Source: Candidatus Peregrinibacteria bacterium
Lineage (GTDB): Bacteria; Patescibacteriota; Gracilibacteria; Peribacterales; Peribacteraceae
NCBI GenBank assembly: GCA_016186175.1
Contig: JACPMB010000003.1
Span: forward strand, 8,508-72,507
Direction: 5' to 3'
DNA length: 64,000 bases
Part shown: positions 18,118 to 27,961 of the stretch, piece after piece
Numbering within the stretch: the stretch's first letter is position 1
Layout of the letters: each line of letters begins with the position of its first letter
Made by a program: the position numbers and the translations under genes
Notes under the pieces: generated by a model
Told to the model about the DNA's origin: nothing
What the model saw: only the letters and a program-made list of their open reading frames with translations
The model's database searches: none

Positions 18118-20262
18118 TTATGAAGATAGAAACGGCTGCAGGGTTTTGAGCGGAACTTGCATTTTGTTTTCGGTCTCGTCGTACTCGGCGGACGGATCCG
18201 AATCCATGACAATGCCGGCGCCAGCTTGCACCGTAAGGACTGACCCGTGTCGCATCACTGAACGCAAGCCCATTACCGCCTTCATGTTGCCTCGCACGTC
18301 AATGAAACCAATTGAGGACGCGTACAACCCGCGCGGCTCGCGATCCTCATATTCATAAATGATCTGCATGGCGCGCACTTTGGGCGCGCCGGAAACGGTG
18401 CCCATCGGCGCGATTGTGAGCAATGCCCGTAATGGCGAAACCTCTTTCATCAGCCTGCCCCGCACTTCCGATGCGATGTGCATCACCGGTCCGGCGTCTT
18501 TTCGGTGCATCAGGAGGGCTTCGGGCGTTACTACGGTTCCGAGTTCCGCGATGCGCGCGACGTCATTGCGTTCAAGATCAACCAACATCATATGTTCAGC
18601 CCGTTCCTTTGGATCGTTTTTCAGTTTTTGAAATGCTTCTTCATCTTCCGACGACCTGCCTGACCTCCTGGCCGTTCCGGCAAGCGGCAAGGCGGTGACG
18701 TCGCCGTTGATTATGTGCATAGCAAGCTCCGACAAAGAACCGATGCTTTCTTCGTCTGCCATCTTGATCGCATGCATGTGCGTTGATGGGCAAACGGCGC
18801 GGAGTTGCGCATAGAGAGGAGCCATTGATCCCTCTATGGAAAAGGTTTTGCGGCGCGACAAAATCGTTTGAAAGGAATTGCCTGTTCGGATTTCATTTTC
18901 TTTTATCCCGTTTACTCTCCGCATAAACTCTTCTCGGGACATTCCATCGTGTTTTGGAGTGACCACTGTCGGAGATGCACAACACGGCTCCATACCGATC
19001 ACTTCTTGAAAATACCGCATGCGGTCCCGACCGCGCGTGAAGTACGTGTATTGCTTCCTGGTTCTGTCATACATCAGTCCGTCATCGAAATATCCGAAGG
19101 CGAAAGTACTCCTGCCTTCCGGCGTGCGTCCGGGGAATCGTTCGGTTTCCAGATATTGCGTCGCTTCATAACTCAGGAAACCAACAAGGCCGCCGCTGAA
19201 GTGCTGTCCTTCCGGAGGATCTCCGGAAGACTCTTTTGTCAGATAATCCATCGCTCGCGATAGAACGTCGAATGGAGATGAGGCCGCGTGACAGACGCGC
19301 TCGCCGTCCAGGAGCAATTCGTTATTGTTCGCGCTCAACACAAATACCGGCCTGAAACCGAAATATGAACGGGAGTCCGCTGCCGTTCCATCCTGCGGAA
19401 GAGATTCGAAACAAAACGCGTGATCGGAAGCGCCATGAAGACGGGCGTAGACCTCTTCCGGAGGGAGATCGCACTGGAATTCTCGCGATTCAAACGGTTT
19501 TTGTTTTGCAATCGCCAGCCGCTGAATCAGTCCGTACGGCAATTGTGTCTTTGGCTGCCGGTCGGGGAAATAATATGCGCGTTGTGTGTTTGACCGGAAA
19601 GCGCCGGGCGTCAGCCTGAGGAAATTATCCAGTATCCGGAGGCCGTCGTCCGTGGCGAAAGATTCTGGGTGGAACTGAACTCCGTATATGGGATAGGCGC
19701 GATGCTGAACGGACATGATGACGCGCAGTTCATCTCTGGTAAATGACGTTACGGCCAGTTGTTCCGGAAAAGAGCATTGATCAACGCAAAGGGAATGATA
19801 GCGCATGACTTGCGCGTCAGGTCTCATCCCTGCAAGAAGATTTGGGCAGGGCAACCGGTTCTCATCAACAAAATTCAATCTGCTGGTTTTTCCGTGAACT
19901 GCCTCTGGCGCTGCAATAACGCGGCAGCCAAAGTGCACTGCAAGCGCCTGATGACCCAGGCAAATTCCCATCAATGCCCTGTTATGCTCGATGGCGAAAT
20001 CAATGGCGTCCGGCGTGATGCCGATGTCTTCCTGGTTGTGCGGGCTCCCCGGGCCGGGACCGATCACAATCGCACCCGGGTTGATCCTGCGAATATCCGG
20101 TGCGGCTATTGCGTCGTTGCGAACGATTCTTGAGTCGGCTCCAAGTTTTCCAAACTGGTTCCTGATGTTATGAGTAAAAGAATCGTAATTATCAACGATT
20201 AGCACGCCGCCGTCGGGCGATTGCCGATTGGAAGCTTGATTATGCAAATTGGTGGAAGACAT
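18118..20262 (-). CDS. trpE: Fused glutamine amidotransferase-anthranilate synthase (TrpG-TrpE order)
   Basis: GATase: DNYDSFT, PGPGSP, GICLGHQ, QFHPES. Chorismate-binding domain: PLAGT, KERAEHMMLVDLERND, GTVSGAPKVRAM. Confidence 0.85.
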   Translation of the reverse strand: MSSTNLHNQASNRQSPDGGVLIVDNYDSFTHNIRNQFGKLGADSRIVRNDAIAAPDIRRINPGAIVIGPGPGSPHNQEDIGITPDAIDFAIEHNRALMGICLGHQALAVHFGCRVIAAPEAVHGKTSRLNFVDENRLPCPNLLAGMRPDAQVMRYHSLCVDQCSFPEQLAVTSFTRDELRVIMSVQHRAYPIYGVQFHPESFATDDGLRILDNFLRLTPGAFRSNTQRAYYFPDRQPKTQLPYGLIQRLAIAKQKPFESREFQCDLPPEEVYARLHGASDHAFCFESLPQDGTAADSRSYFGFRPVFVLSANNNELLLDGERVCHAASSPFDVLSRAMDYLTKESSGDPPEGQHFSGGLVGFLSYEATQYLETERFPGRTPEGRSTFAFGYFDDGLMYDRTRKQYTYFTRGRDRMRYFQEVIGMEPCCASPTVVTPKHDGMSREEFMRRVNGIKENEIRTGNSFQTILSRRKTFSIEGSMAPLYAQLRAVCPSTHMHAIKMADEESIGSLSELAMHIINGDVTALPLAGTARRSGRSSEDEEAFQKLKNDPKERAEHMMLVDLERNDVARIAELGTVVTPEALLMHRKDAGPVMHIASEVRGRLMKEVSPLRALLTIAPMGTVSGAPKVRAMQIIYEYEDREPRGLYASSIGFIDVRGNMKAVMGLRSVMRHGSVLTVQAGAGIVMDSDPSAEYDETENKMQVPLKTLQPFLSS

Positions 20263-20283
20263 TGATAGTGGGGGAAATAAATA

Positions 20284-20315
20284 CAAAAAAAAGCCGCCTC
20301 CTGCGCGGCAGCGGC
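20284..20315 (-). terminator. Attenuator terminator upstream of trpG-E
   Basis: GCCGCT...GGCGGC hairpin followed by eight Ts on the minus strand. Confidence 0.7.
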
Positions 20316-20335
20316 GTTGGAATCGTTTAATCAGA

Positions 20336-20449
20336 TCACCGCAAAGCGCGCAGGCATGAAGAGGCGGGCCGCCACCTCGCGTCGGCTGCTCTGCCAGAAT
20401 GGCAGAGCTGACTGGCAATCCCGGCGTGGATGATCGTTGATAGTCTCAT
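20336..20449 (-). CDS. Putative trp leader peptide
   Basis: MRLSTIIHAGIASQLCHSGRAADARWRPASSCLRALR; the single Trp codon lies just before a segment complementary to the terminator. Confidence 0.55.
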   Translation of the reverse strand: MRLSTIIHAGIASQLCHSGRAADARWRPASSCLRALR

Positions 20450-20452
20450 GAT

Positions 20453-20480
20453 TGAACTGTTGTACCGGTACAACGGTACA
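20453..20480. promoter_or_regulatory. Tandem TrpR operator
   Basis: TGAACTGTTGTACCGGTACAACGGTACA contains two GNAC(T/C)-N8-GGTAC boxes staggered by 8 bp, next to trpR. Confidence 0.75.
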
Positions 20481-20529
20481 TGAGGGCAAAATGAAAAGCA
20501 AGAGCAATTTTTGATCGGCCGCATCCGCG

Positions 20530-20820
20530 CTATTTGGCCGCTTTCTTCATTCGTTTAATGAACAACGCGAATCCTCCCTTTCCGTATCTGAGCGCACGGG
20601 AACCACGCGTGATTTTGCTGATGCTGATCTTGAGTTTCTTGTTGATTTCCCTTTGCTTCATCCCCGATGACAACGCCTGAATCAATTTCCACCGCTCGGC
20701 GACGGATGACAACTCTCTGGGAGTGAGAATGTCTTCCAGGAGCAATGCAGCCTCTTTTGCATTCCTGACACTGGCAAAAAGACCATACAAAGCCTGCTTG
20801 CCGCGAGCGTCACTATCCAT
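20530..20820 (-). CDS. trpR: Trp operon repressor
   Basis: LTPRELSSVAERW...QREI...ISKITRGSRAL matches the TrpR family. Confidence 0.88.
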   Translation of the reverse strand: MDSDARGKQALYGLFASVRNAKEAALLLEDILTPRELSSVAERWKLIQALSSGMKQREINKKLKISISKITRGSRALRYGKGGFALFIKRMKKAAK

Positions 20821-20875
20821 GATTGAAAAGGGTAGCGCATGCGGCGGATTCTTCAATGCCTGAGCGTTACGGGGC

Positions 20876-21145
20876 TCACTTCTTCAATTTGTGCCTCTCC
20901 AAAACCTCCTGGTACTCCTGCGGCTTGTTCTGTTTTAAGTACGTCAGGAGCTTGCGGCGTTGGGCGACTTTGCCGAGCAGTCCGCGCCGGGCGGAATTAT
21001 CCTTCTTGTGGTCCTTGAGGTGATCGGTAAGCAGGCCGATTGTCTTCGTCAGAAGCGCGATCTGCACCTGTGGGCTGCCAGTATCCTTTGCATGCTTCCT
21101 GTGCTTGGTGATGAGGGCTTTCTTCGACTTTTGCTTGATAGCCAT
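20876..21145 (-). CDS. rpsO: 30S ribosomal protein S15
   Basis: DTGSPQVQIALLT, HKKDNSARRGL. Confidence 0.97.
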   Translation of the reverse strand: MAIKQKSKKALITKHRKHAKDTGSPQVQIALLTKTIGLLTDHLKDHKKDNSARRGLLGKVAQRRKLLTYLKQNKPQEYQEVLERHKLKK

Positions 21146-21314
21146 AGAGTTGGTTAAGAAAAAACGAATTGGCGCCGGGCCGATCGGAGGCAAGCCACCC
21201 GAACAGCGCGGACACGATGGGGGATTGTAATCAGAAAAACGCAAAAAGCAAGGCTCCTGGGGCAAAATGCCTCTCTGAAGCCTATGACAAAGGAGTGAGT
21301 GGACATGCGTACAC

Positions 21315-21374
21315 CACGTAAAGACGCGTCAGCGGCTTTACGTGTCACGTGGCGGCGGAGCCGCTTTACGTGAC
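21315..21374. repeat. Two CACGTAAAG-family hairpin repeats
   Basis: The reverse complement of 21344-21374 (GTCACGTAAAGCGGCTCCGCCGCCACGTGAC) matches 49471-49501, upstream of a GIY-YIG gene. Confidence 0.8.
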
Positions 21375-21423
21375 CACGATGTTGACGCGTCCACGTGGCG
21401 CCGCCATCTGCTAAGATTCCGGC

Positions 21424-22533
21424 ATGACGTTTGCGATCGGGCTCCTCACGGGCTTTCTCATTGGAGGGGTGATCGCGTACTGGCTCGGACGGCGTTCCAC
21501 CTCAGACGCCGCAACTATCGCCGAGTCGCTCACGGACAAAGTGTTTTCACGGCAGGCAGAAAAAATTCTGCAGCTCGCGGAGGCCAAGCTTTCGGGAAAG
21601 AAGGACGTGATTGATGGAACGTTGAAGGCGATGAAGGGAGACCTGAACCGCGTGGAAGACCTGATGCGCAAAATCGGCGACGGCAATGTGCAGGTTGGTA
21701 CGCGATTGGATAACGCAGCAGTCGCCATTAAAGAGCTGTCCGAAACCACCGGCGGCATTCGCAATGCCCTGAGCAGCAACAATCTGCGCGGGAATTGGGG
21801 CGAACGCATGGCGGAAGACGTATTGCGTCTCTCCGGCCTCATCGAAGGCATCAATTTCATCAAGCAAACGAAGCTCGAAACCGGATCGAAGCCCGACTTC
21901 ACGTTCATGCTGCCGCAGAAGCTTAAACTGAACATGGACGTGAAGTTCCCCTTCAACAACTACCAGCTCTATGTCGAAGCAAAGACCGACCGGGACAAGG
22001 AGGAACATAAGGAGAAGTTCCTGAAGGACGTCCGCAAGCGCGTGAAGGAAGTGCAGACGCGCGATTACATCAACCCGGAGGACGGCACCGTAGACTACGT
22101 GCTGCTCTTTGTCCCAAACGAGCAGATTTTCTCCTTCATCAACGAGATTGACCGCACCGTGATCGACGAAGCGATGCGCGGGAAGACGATCCTCTGCTCC
22201 CCGTTGAGCCTATACGCGATCCTCGCGGTCATCCGGCAGTCCATTGATAGCTTCAGCATGGAGAGCAAGTCGCAGGAAATGCTCACGATCTTCGGCGCGT
22301 TCAGGCAGCAATGGGAGAAATTCAAAGATCAGATGGAAACCGTGAAGGAGCGCTTCGAGTCCGTCCACAAGGGATACGAGGAGCTCACGGGAGCGCGTGA
22401 GCGGCAGCTCGACCGGCAGCTTCAGAAGATCGACGAGATTCGCTCAGAGAAAGCTTTTGAGAGTCCGATCGAAGCGGCGGGGGAGAAGGCCAAAATGAAA
22501 GCGTTGAGCGAAAAGCGCGTATCCATGGAGTGA
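21424..22533 (+). CDS. rmuC: DNA recombination protein RmuC
   Basis: RGNWGE, PDF..LP, DVKFP, DYVLLFVPNE; N-terminal TM segment. Confidence 0.93.
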   Translation: MTFAIGLLTGFLIGGVIAYWLGRRSTSDAATIAESLTDKVFSRQAEKILQLAEAKLSGKKDVIDGTLKAMKGDLNRVEDLMRKIGDGNVQVGTRLDNAAVAIKELSETTGGIRNALSSNNLRGNWGERMAEDVLRLSGLIEGINFIKQTKLETGSKPDFTFMLPQKLKLNMDVKFPFNNYQLYVEAKTDRDKEEHKEKFLKDVRKRVKEVQTRDYINPEDGTVDYVLLFVPNEQIFSFINEIDRTVIDEAMRGKTILCSPLSLYAILAVIRQSIDSFSMESKSQEMLTIFGAFRQQWEKFKDQMETVKERFESVHKGYEELTGARERQLDRQLQKIDEIRSEKAFESPIEAAGEKAKMKALSEKRVSME

Positions 22534-22569
22534 GCATTAAGATAGATTCATCGTCTACATTATTGTTTA

Positions 22570-24858
22570 ATGATGACGCACATCTCCGATCCCATCCTCG
22601 GCCCTCTCAACGAGCCGCAACGCCAGGCGGCCATTCATCATGCAGGCCCGGCGCTCATTCTGGCCGGCGCCGGGAGCGGGAAGACGCGCGCGCTGACGCA
22701 CAGGATCGCACGATTGATGAAGGACGGCGTGCAACCATGGCAAATCCTCGCGGTGACCTTCACCAACAAGGCGGCGAACGAAATGAAGGAGCGCATCAAG
22801 AATCTTCTTCATATTGTCGAAGGATCGTCACACCTCGACTTCGCTCGGGATGACCGGCAATCGCTCGCGCGATTGCCGGTCATGGGCACGTTCCACTCGA
22901 TCTGCGCACGAATCTTGAGGAAGGACATCGAGCGTCTGGGCCGCAATCGCAATTTCGTGATTTACGACACCGATGATCAGGAAAAACTGATGAAGGAAGT
23001 CCTCAAAGAACTGCAAATTGACGAAAACACGCTCAAGCCGAGGCCCGCACTCGGCTACATCGGACGATTCAAGAGCGAAGCAATGAACGCGAAGGACGCG
23101 CTGAAGGATGCGACCACTGAACGCATGATCCAGGTAATCCGGGCATACGAAACCTACGACAAGATGCTCCGCGCGGCCAATGCCGTGGACTTCGACGATC
23201 TGATTCTGGAAACCGTCCGGCTGTTCAACGAAGTGCCGGAGGTGCTCAGCCGCTACCAGGAAACGTGGCGGTTCCTCCATGTGGACGAGTACCAGGACAC
23301 GAACCACGCGCAGTACCTGTTCATCTCCCAACTCGCGCAGAAGTACCGCAACCTCTGCGTCATCGGAGATCCCGACCAGTCCATCTACGCCTTCCGCGGC
23401 GCCGACGTACGAAACATCCTGGAATTCGAGCAGGAATACCCTGATGCGCTGAGGATCGCGCTTGAGCAAAACTACCGCAGCACGCAGGTCATACTGGACG
23501 CATCCAACGCCGTGATCAAATCCAACCCGCGGCGCCCGAAGAAGAATATGTGGACCAAGCGGAAGGGCGGGCCCACCGTGATCGTTCATGAAGTGCGGGA
23601 TGAGAGGAAGGAAGCGGAAGAAGCAGCCAAAGCAGCGCAGTTTTTGAAGAAAGACGGGGTGCCGCTCAACCACCAAGTGGTTCTGTACCGCACCAACGCG
23701 CAGTCTAGACTGTTCGAAGAAGCCTGCATGCGCGCAGGCATTCCCTACCGCATCGTCGGCGGCACGAAGTTCTACACGCGGAGGGAAGTGAAGGACGTTC
23801 TCGCGTACTTGTATGTGATTCTGAATCCCGCGGACACGATTTCGCTGCTCAGAATCTTGAATGTTCCCGCGCGAAAGATCGGCGAGGCCACACTCGGACA
23901 TATTCAGGCGTTTGCGTCCCAGGAAAGTCTCACGCTGTGGGATGCATTGATCCGCGCAAACGACATCGTCGAACTGAATGACGGGGTGAAGACGCGCATC
24001 GAGAAATTTATCTCCATTGTGAAGCAATTGCGCACCCGCTCCTCCGCTCTGGTGGTTTCTGAGCTTGCCGCCCAGCTCCTGGATGCAGTGGGACTGGAGA
24101 AATGGCTGCGGGACGACCTCGATGAGGGCGAGGAACGCTGGCAGAACGTGCAGGAATTGCTCACTGTCATGCACAAGTACGATCAGCTGGACCCCCAGAC
24201 ATCGCTGACGAGTTTTTTGGAGGAGGTCGCGCTGATTTCGGAGGTGGATAAGCTGACTTCCATACGCGACGACGCGCTCACGCTGATGACGCTGCACCTC
24301 TGCAAGGGTCTGGAGTTCGAACACGTGATGATAGCGGGATGCGAAGAAGGCATCTTCCCGCACAGCAGTTCCATGTTCGACAAAGAGCAGCTGGAGGAGG
24401 AACGACGGCTGATGTACGTTGGCATGACGCGGGCCAGGACGCATTTGAGAATTTTCTTCACGCGCAGCAGGCAGTTATGGGGCAATACACAAGCCAATGC
24501 GCCGAGCCGCTTCATCGCCGACCTGCCCTCGGAAGCCGTCGAGCGGCGCAGCGACGAGCTTCTCTCGGCTTTCGCATGGGCAACGGAGAGCGGACGACTG
24601 AAAGCCGCAGAGTCGCATACGGATATCCAACCATATCGCCAGCGTGCTGAATTGAATGTGGAGTTCAATCAAGACCTGGAGATCGCGGATGGGATGAATC
24701 AAGACGTACCCGAGCTGCGGAAAGGCTCCCGCGTTCGGCATCCGTCATTCGGCGAGGGAACAGTCCTCAGCAAGCGCGGCGACGTCGCGACAATCGTATT
24801 CGATTCGGGGAAGAAGAAGGACTTCGCGCTGAGCATCGCGCCGTTGCAAGTGTTGTAG
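22570..24858 (+). CDS. pcrA: ATP-dependent DNA helicase PcrA/UvrD
   Basis: AGAGSGKT, VDEYQDTN, GDPDQSIY, LEQNYRS, KGLEF, EERRLMYVGMTRA and C-terminal Tudor-like HPSFGEG. Confidence 0.96.
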   Translation: MMTHISDPILGPLNEPQRQAAIHHAGPALILAGAGSGKTRALTHRIARLMKDGVQPWQILAVTFTNKAANEMKERIKNLLHIVEGSSHLDFARDDRQSLARLPVMGTFHSICARILRKDIERLGRNRNFVIYDTDDQEKLMKEVLKELQIDENTLKPRPALGYIGRFKSEAMNAKDALKDATTERMIQVIRAYETYDKMLRAANAVDFDDLILETVRLFNEVPEVLSRYQETWRFLHVDEYQDTNHAQYLFISQLAQKYRNLCVIGDPDQSIYAFRGADVRNILEFEQEYPDALRIALEQNYRSTQVILDASNAVIKSNPRRPKKNMWTKRKGGPTVIVHEVRDERKEAEEAAKAAQFLKKDGVPLNHQVVLYRTNAQSRLFEEACMRAGIPYRIVGGTKFYTRREVKDVLAYLYVILNPADTISLLRILNVPARKIGEATLGHIQAFASQESLTLWDALIRANDIVELNDGVKTRIEKFISIVKQLRTRSSALVVSELAAQLLDAVGLEKWLRDDLDEGEERWQNVQELLTVMHKYDQLDPQTSLTSFLEEVALISEVDKLTSIRDDALTLMTLHLCKGLEFEHVMIAGCEEGIFPHSSSMFDKEQLEEERRLMYVGMTRARTHLRIFFTRSRQLWGNTQANAPSRFIADLPSEAVERRSDELLSAFAWATESGRLKAAESHTDIQPYRQRAELNVEFNQDLEIADGMNQDVPELRKGSRVRHPSFGEGTVLSKRGDVATIVFDSGKKKDFALSIAPLQVL

Positions 24859-24921
24859 TCGCGAAACAAACATCTTTGAAACATCTATTGGATGTCGGCG
24901 GCGCGCAAGTATGCTTTTGCC

Positions 24922-25743
24922 ATGGCATCTTTGCGGGAAAAAGTATTGTCCTTCCTCCATGGTCACCGGGTCCGCCTTAACACCGATCTCGGCCAGCATT
25001 TTCTGGCCGATGAAGATGTTCTGGAGGCGATCGTTGAGACTGCGGAGATCGGACATGAAGATCACATCGTTGAGATCGGGCCTGGCATCGGCATCCTGAC
25101 CGGCCGGCTCCTAATGCGCGCAGAGGAAGTCACATCCATCGAGCTGGATGCCCGGATGATTACGCTCATGAAAGATTTTCTTCCGCCGGAGAACGAGCGC
25201 GCCGCAAGAAAGTTCACCGTCGTCCATGAGAATGCCCTTCGTGTGGATTTTCCGGAGACGCCATACAAAATTGTCGCCAATATTCCTTATCACATCACCT
25301 CCCCTCTGCTCCGGCATGCGTATCTTGAATCAACGGCGCAACCGACAACGATGACACTCCTGATCCAGCGCGAAGTGGCGGAGAAAATCTGCGATGAAGA
25401 GCATGCCGGCATCCTAACGATCATGGTGAAGCTCTTTGGCGATCCGGAAATGATCTGCACGGTGCCGCCGGAAGCATTCATTCCGCCGCCGGCAGTCGAA
25501 TCCGCCGTGCTCAAGATCACCTCACACCCCAAGCCGCTCGCAGACCGCCCGACGATCGACAACATTCTGAAGTTCCTGAAGCTATCTTTTGCAGGGAAAC
25601 GAAAAATGCTCAGGAACACGCTCGGAAATTTGGAGAACGGAATGGAATCTCTCGCAAAGGCAGATATTGATCCTGCGCGAAGGCCGGAAACGCTGACGGT
25701 GACGGAGTGGATTGAATTGGCTGAACGTTCCACGACCGCATAG
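24922..25743 (+). CDS. rsmA: 16S rRNA dimethyltransferase RsmA/KsgA
   Basis: LGQHFL, EIGPGIG, ANIPYHITSP, RRPETL. Confidence 0.96.
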   Translation: MASLREKVLSFLHGHRVRLNTDLGQHFLADEDVLEAIVETAEIGHEDHIVEIGPGIGILTGRLLMRAEEVTSIELDARMITLMKDFLPPENERAARKFTVVHENALRVDFPETPYKIVANIPYHITSPLLRHAYLESTAQPTTMTLLIQREVAEKICDEEHAGILTIMVKLFGDPEMICTVPPEAFIPPPAVESAVLKITSHPKPLADRPTIDNILKFLKLSFAGKRKMLRNTLGNLENGMESLAKADIDPARRPETLTVTEWIELAERSTTA

Positions 25744-25846
25744 AACATCTTTAATGGCTTGTATAAAAGAAAAACTCGTCCGCTGGAAAGGAAAATCTAC
25801 GCAAGAGGATTCACCGGATTCGGTCACAGTGAGATCCTGAGCCGCT

Positions 25847-27451
25847 ATGCGCCCGTCGCATCTGTCTTATTCTTTCCTTGTGAGTTTTCTTGCCGCGGTG
25901 TTCGCGCTGCAATGGTGGCAGTCGCCCGCGTATCCGTGGCAATTGTGGATGACCGCCGGCGCCATGGGTTTCTTGTGTTCCATCGTAGCTGTGATGGCAG
26001 ATAAAAGGAATGCGCTGCTGCCGTTCGCGATTATGATCGGCGCGGCCGCGGCCATCTGGACGGTATCGCGTACAACTCACGTCCCCTCATCCGCAGACGT
26101 TGACTTTCACGCAAACGGAACGGAGGTTGTTCTGCGCGGATTCATCGCCGATGATCCGGACAGGAGAGCGATGCAGACGAATTACACCGTTGCCATTGCC
26201 GTCCTGAAAAAAGGAGATAAGACTTTCGCGGTTGGCGGCAATGTCCTTGTGACGCTCCGCGTCGGCCACCAGGCCTTCGAGTACGGCGATCCGGTGATAG
26301 TTCGGGGAATCCTGGAATTGCCGGAAGGCAACCATGACTTCCGCTACGACCGTTATTTAAGCGTGAAGAGAATTTACAGCGTCATGAATAATCCAACGAT
26401 GGATCGCGCAGGTTTGAACAGGGGCAACGCGGTACTGCGAATGATCTACCGGTTTCGCAGAAGTATGGAATGGCAGATCAATGAGCTCTTTCCGGAACCA
26501 CACGCGTCTCTGCTGGCTGGATTGCTGCTGGGGGCGCGGGGCGCCATGCCAGAAGACCTTGTTCTGGATTTCAAGACAACCGGGCTCACGCACATCGTCG
26601 CGATTTCCGGCTACAACATAACCATCCTGATAACTGCGATGGGGACTTTGCTCTTCTGGATGCCGCTCAAGTGGCGTTTTTGGCCTTCGTCGCTGCTGAT
26701 TGCAGCCTTCACACTGCTCACGGGAGCATCCGCTTCCGCGGTTCGCGCGGCGGTGATGGGGATACTTGCACTGCTAGCGCTGCAAACGAACCGCATACAG
26801 ACGACGCGGCTCACTGTTCTATGGTCGGCGTTCCTGATGCTCGCCTGGAATCCAAAGCAGATGTGGTATGACGCCGGATTCCAGCTTTCATTTCTCGCAC
26901 TTATCGGCGTTCTGGAGATCAGTCCGCTCTTGCAGCCTTGCCTGCGGCGGCTTCCGGAACGCTTCGGCGTCCGGGAATCGTTCTGCCTGACGCTCTCAGC
27001 ACAGGCGCTGGCCTCTCCGTGGATTCTTTTTCTTTTCGGCCAGTTGAGCCTGATCGCTCCGCTCAGCAACCTGCTTGCCCCGCCGGCCGTCCCTTACGCG
27101 ATGCTTATGGGAACTATAAGCATCCTGTTCGGGTGGGTCTGGTCGCCGATTGGACGCGCGTCCGCGATGCTCGCATGGCTGCCGTTGCAATGGATCACCG
27201 GCGTAGCGCATGCGCTCGGCGCGATTCCGTTCGCGTCTCTGACTTTGACGGGATTCACAACAGTATGGATGGTGATTTACTACGCGTGTACAGCACTATG
27301 GGTCGGACGCCATGCCATTGTGTCATCCCGAGTAGCCTCGCACCTTCCCGCAGAAGGGCGCAGAGTCACCACTCGTATCTGCGAATCGTCTTCTTTCCGC
27401 TCCAATGCGGAAGCGCGACGGTTTCCGTCGGCTGCCGGCGCGGAAATTTGA
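25847..27451 (+). CDS. comEC: ComEC/Rec2 competence channel (DUF4131 plus competence domain, no beta-lactamase-like domain)
   Basis: GLTHIVAISGYN, SAVRAAVM, DAGFQLSF; the C-terminus runs through a repeat into the convergent gene. Confidence 0.92.
   Translation: MRPSHLSYSFLVSFLAAVFALQWWQSPAYPWQLWMTAGAMGFLCSIVAVMADKRNALLPFAIMIGAAAAIWTVSRTTHVPSSADVDFHANGTEVVLRGFIADDPDRRAMQTNYTVAIAVLKKGDKTFAVGGNVLVTLRVGHQAFEYGDPVIVRGILELPEGNHDFRYDRYLSVKRIYSVMNNPTMDRAGLNRGNAVLRMIYRFRRSMEWQINELFPEPHASLLAGLLLGARGAMPEDLVLDFKTTGLTHIVAISGYNITILITAMGTLLFWMPLKWRFWPSSLLIAAFTLLTGASASAVRAAVMGILALLALQTNRIQTTRLTVLWSAFLMLAWNPKQMWYDAGFQLSFLALIGVLEISPLLQPCLRRLPERFGVRESFCLTLSAQALASPWILFLFGQLSLIAPLSNLLAPPAVPYAMLMGTISILFGWVWSPIGRASAMLAWLPLQWITGVAHALGAIPFASLTLTGFTTVWMVIYYACTALWVGRHAIVSSRVASHLPAEGRRVTTRICESSSFRSNAEARRFPSAAGAEI
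27322..27364 (+). repeat. Dispersed repeat, near-identical to 14529-14571
   Basis: Direct comparison; lies in the 3' end of comEC. Confidence 0.8.
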
Positions 27452-27902
27452 AAGCATGCGATATCACGACGGTTCCGTGTTTTAGCTCGCGGTCGAACTT
27501 ATCTTCGAGCGACGCCATAAGCGCTGGCGAAAGGTAAAGAAATATCGCATCCGCGCCACTCGCGTCGTAATTCAGAGCGTTGCCGCACAGCAACCGCAAT
27601 TTCTGGCCGCTCAGTAGAATATTCACCCGCCCCAGACACCACACAGTCGGTGCGATCTCGATGCCGGTCGCGGCGATGCCGGGGTGCCTGCGCTTGGCTT
27701 CGATCAGAATCAGGCCGTTGCCCGCACCCATGTCAACAACGGCTTCCGATCCCTTGAGGCGCGCCAAAGTCACCATGGCCCGCGCGACGAACTTTGGCGT
27801 CGGGACGTACGGCACCCCTCCTACAAACCAGAAAACAGCTGTGATCACGATCATAACAACCGGCAGAATCGCGAAAACGATGACGATATCCGCTGGCTGC
27901 AC
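27366..27902 (-). CDS. Membrane-anchored class I SAM methyltransferase
   Basis: N-terminal TM, VPYVPTP, VDMGAGNG, GIEI, IFLYL. Confidence 0.88.
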   Translation of the reverse strand: MQPADIVIVFAILPVVMIVITAVFWFVGGVPYVPTPKFVARAMVTLARLKGSEAVVDMGAGNGLILIEAKRRHPGIAATGIEIAPTVWCLGRVNILLSGQKLRLLCGNALNYDASGADAIFLYLSPALMASLEDKFDRELKHGTVVISHAFKFPRRQPTETVALPHWSGKKTIRRYEW

Positions 27903-27961
27903 AAATAAAGCCTACAGAAGACTTTTGGATTCCGCATCATGCGCTATAGACTCGCTCCGAT

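Noticed and set aside
21150-21230. S15 autoregulatory leader upstream of rpsO
   Set aside because: Plausible by position, but I could not match it to a known S15 leader structure.
22828-24444. 538-aa minus-strand ORF
   Set aside because: Antisense shadow of pcrA.
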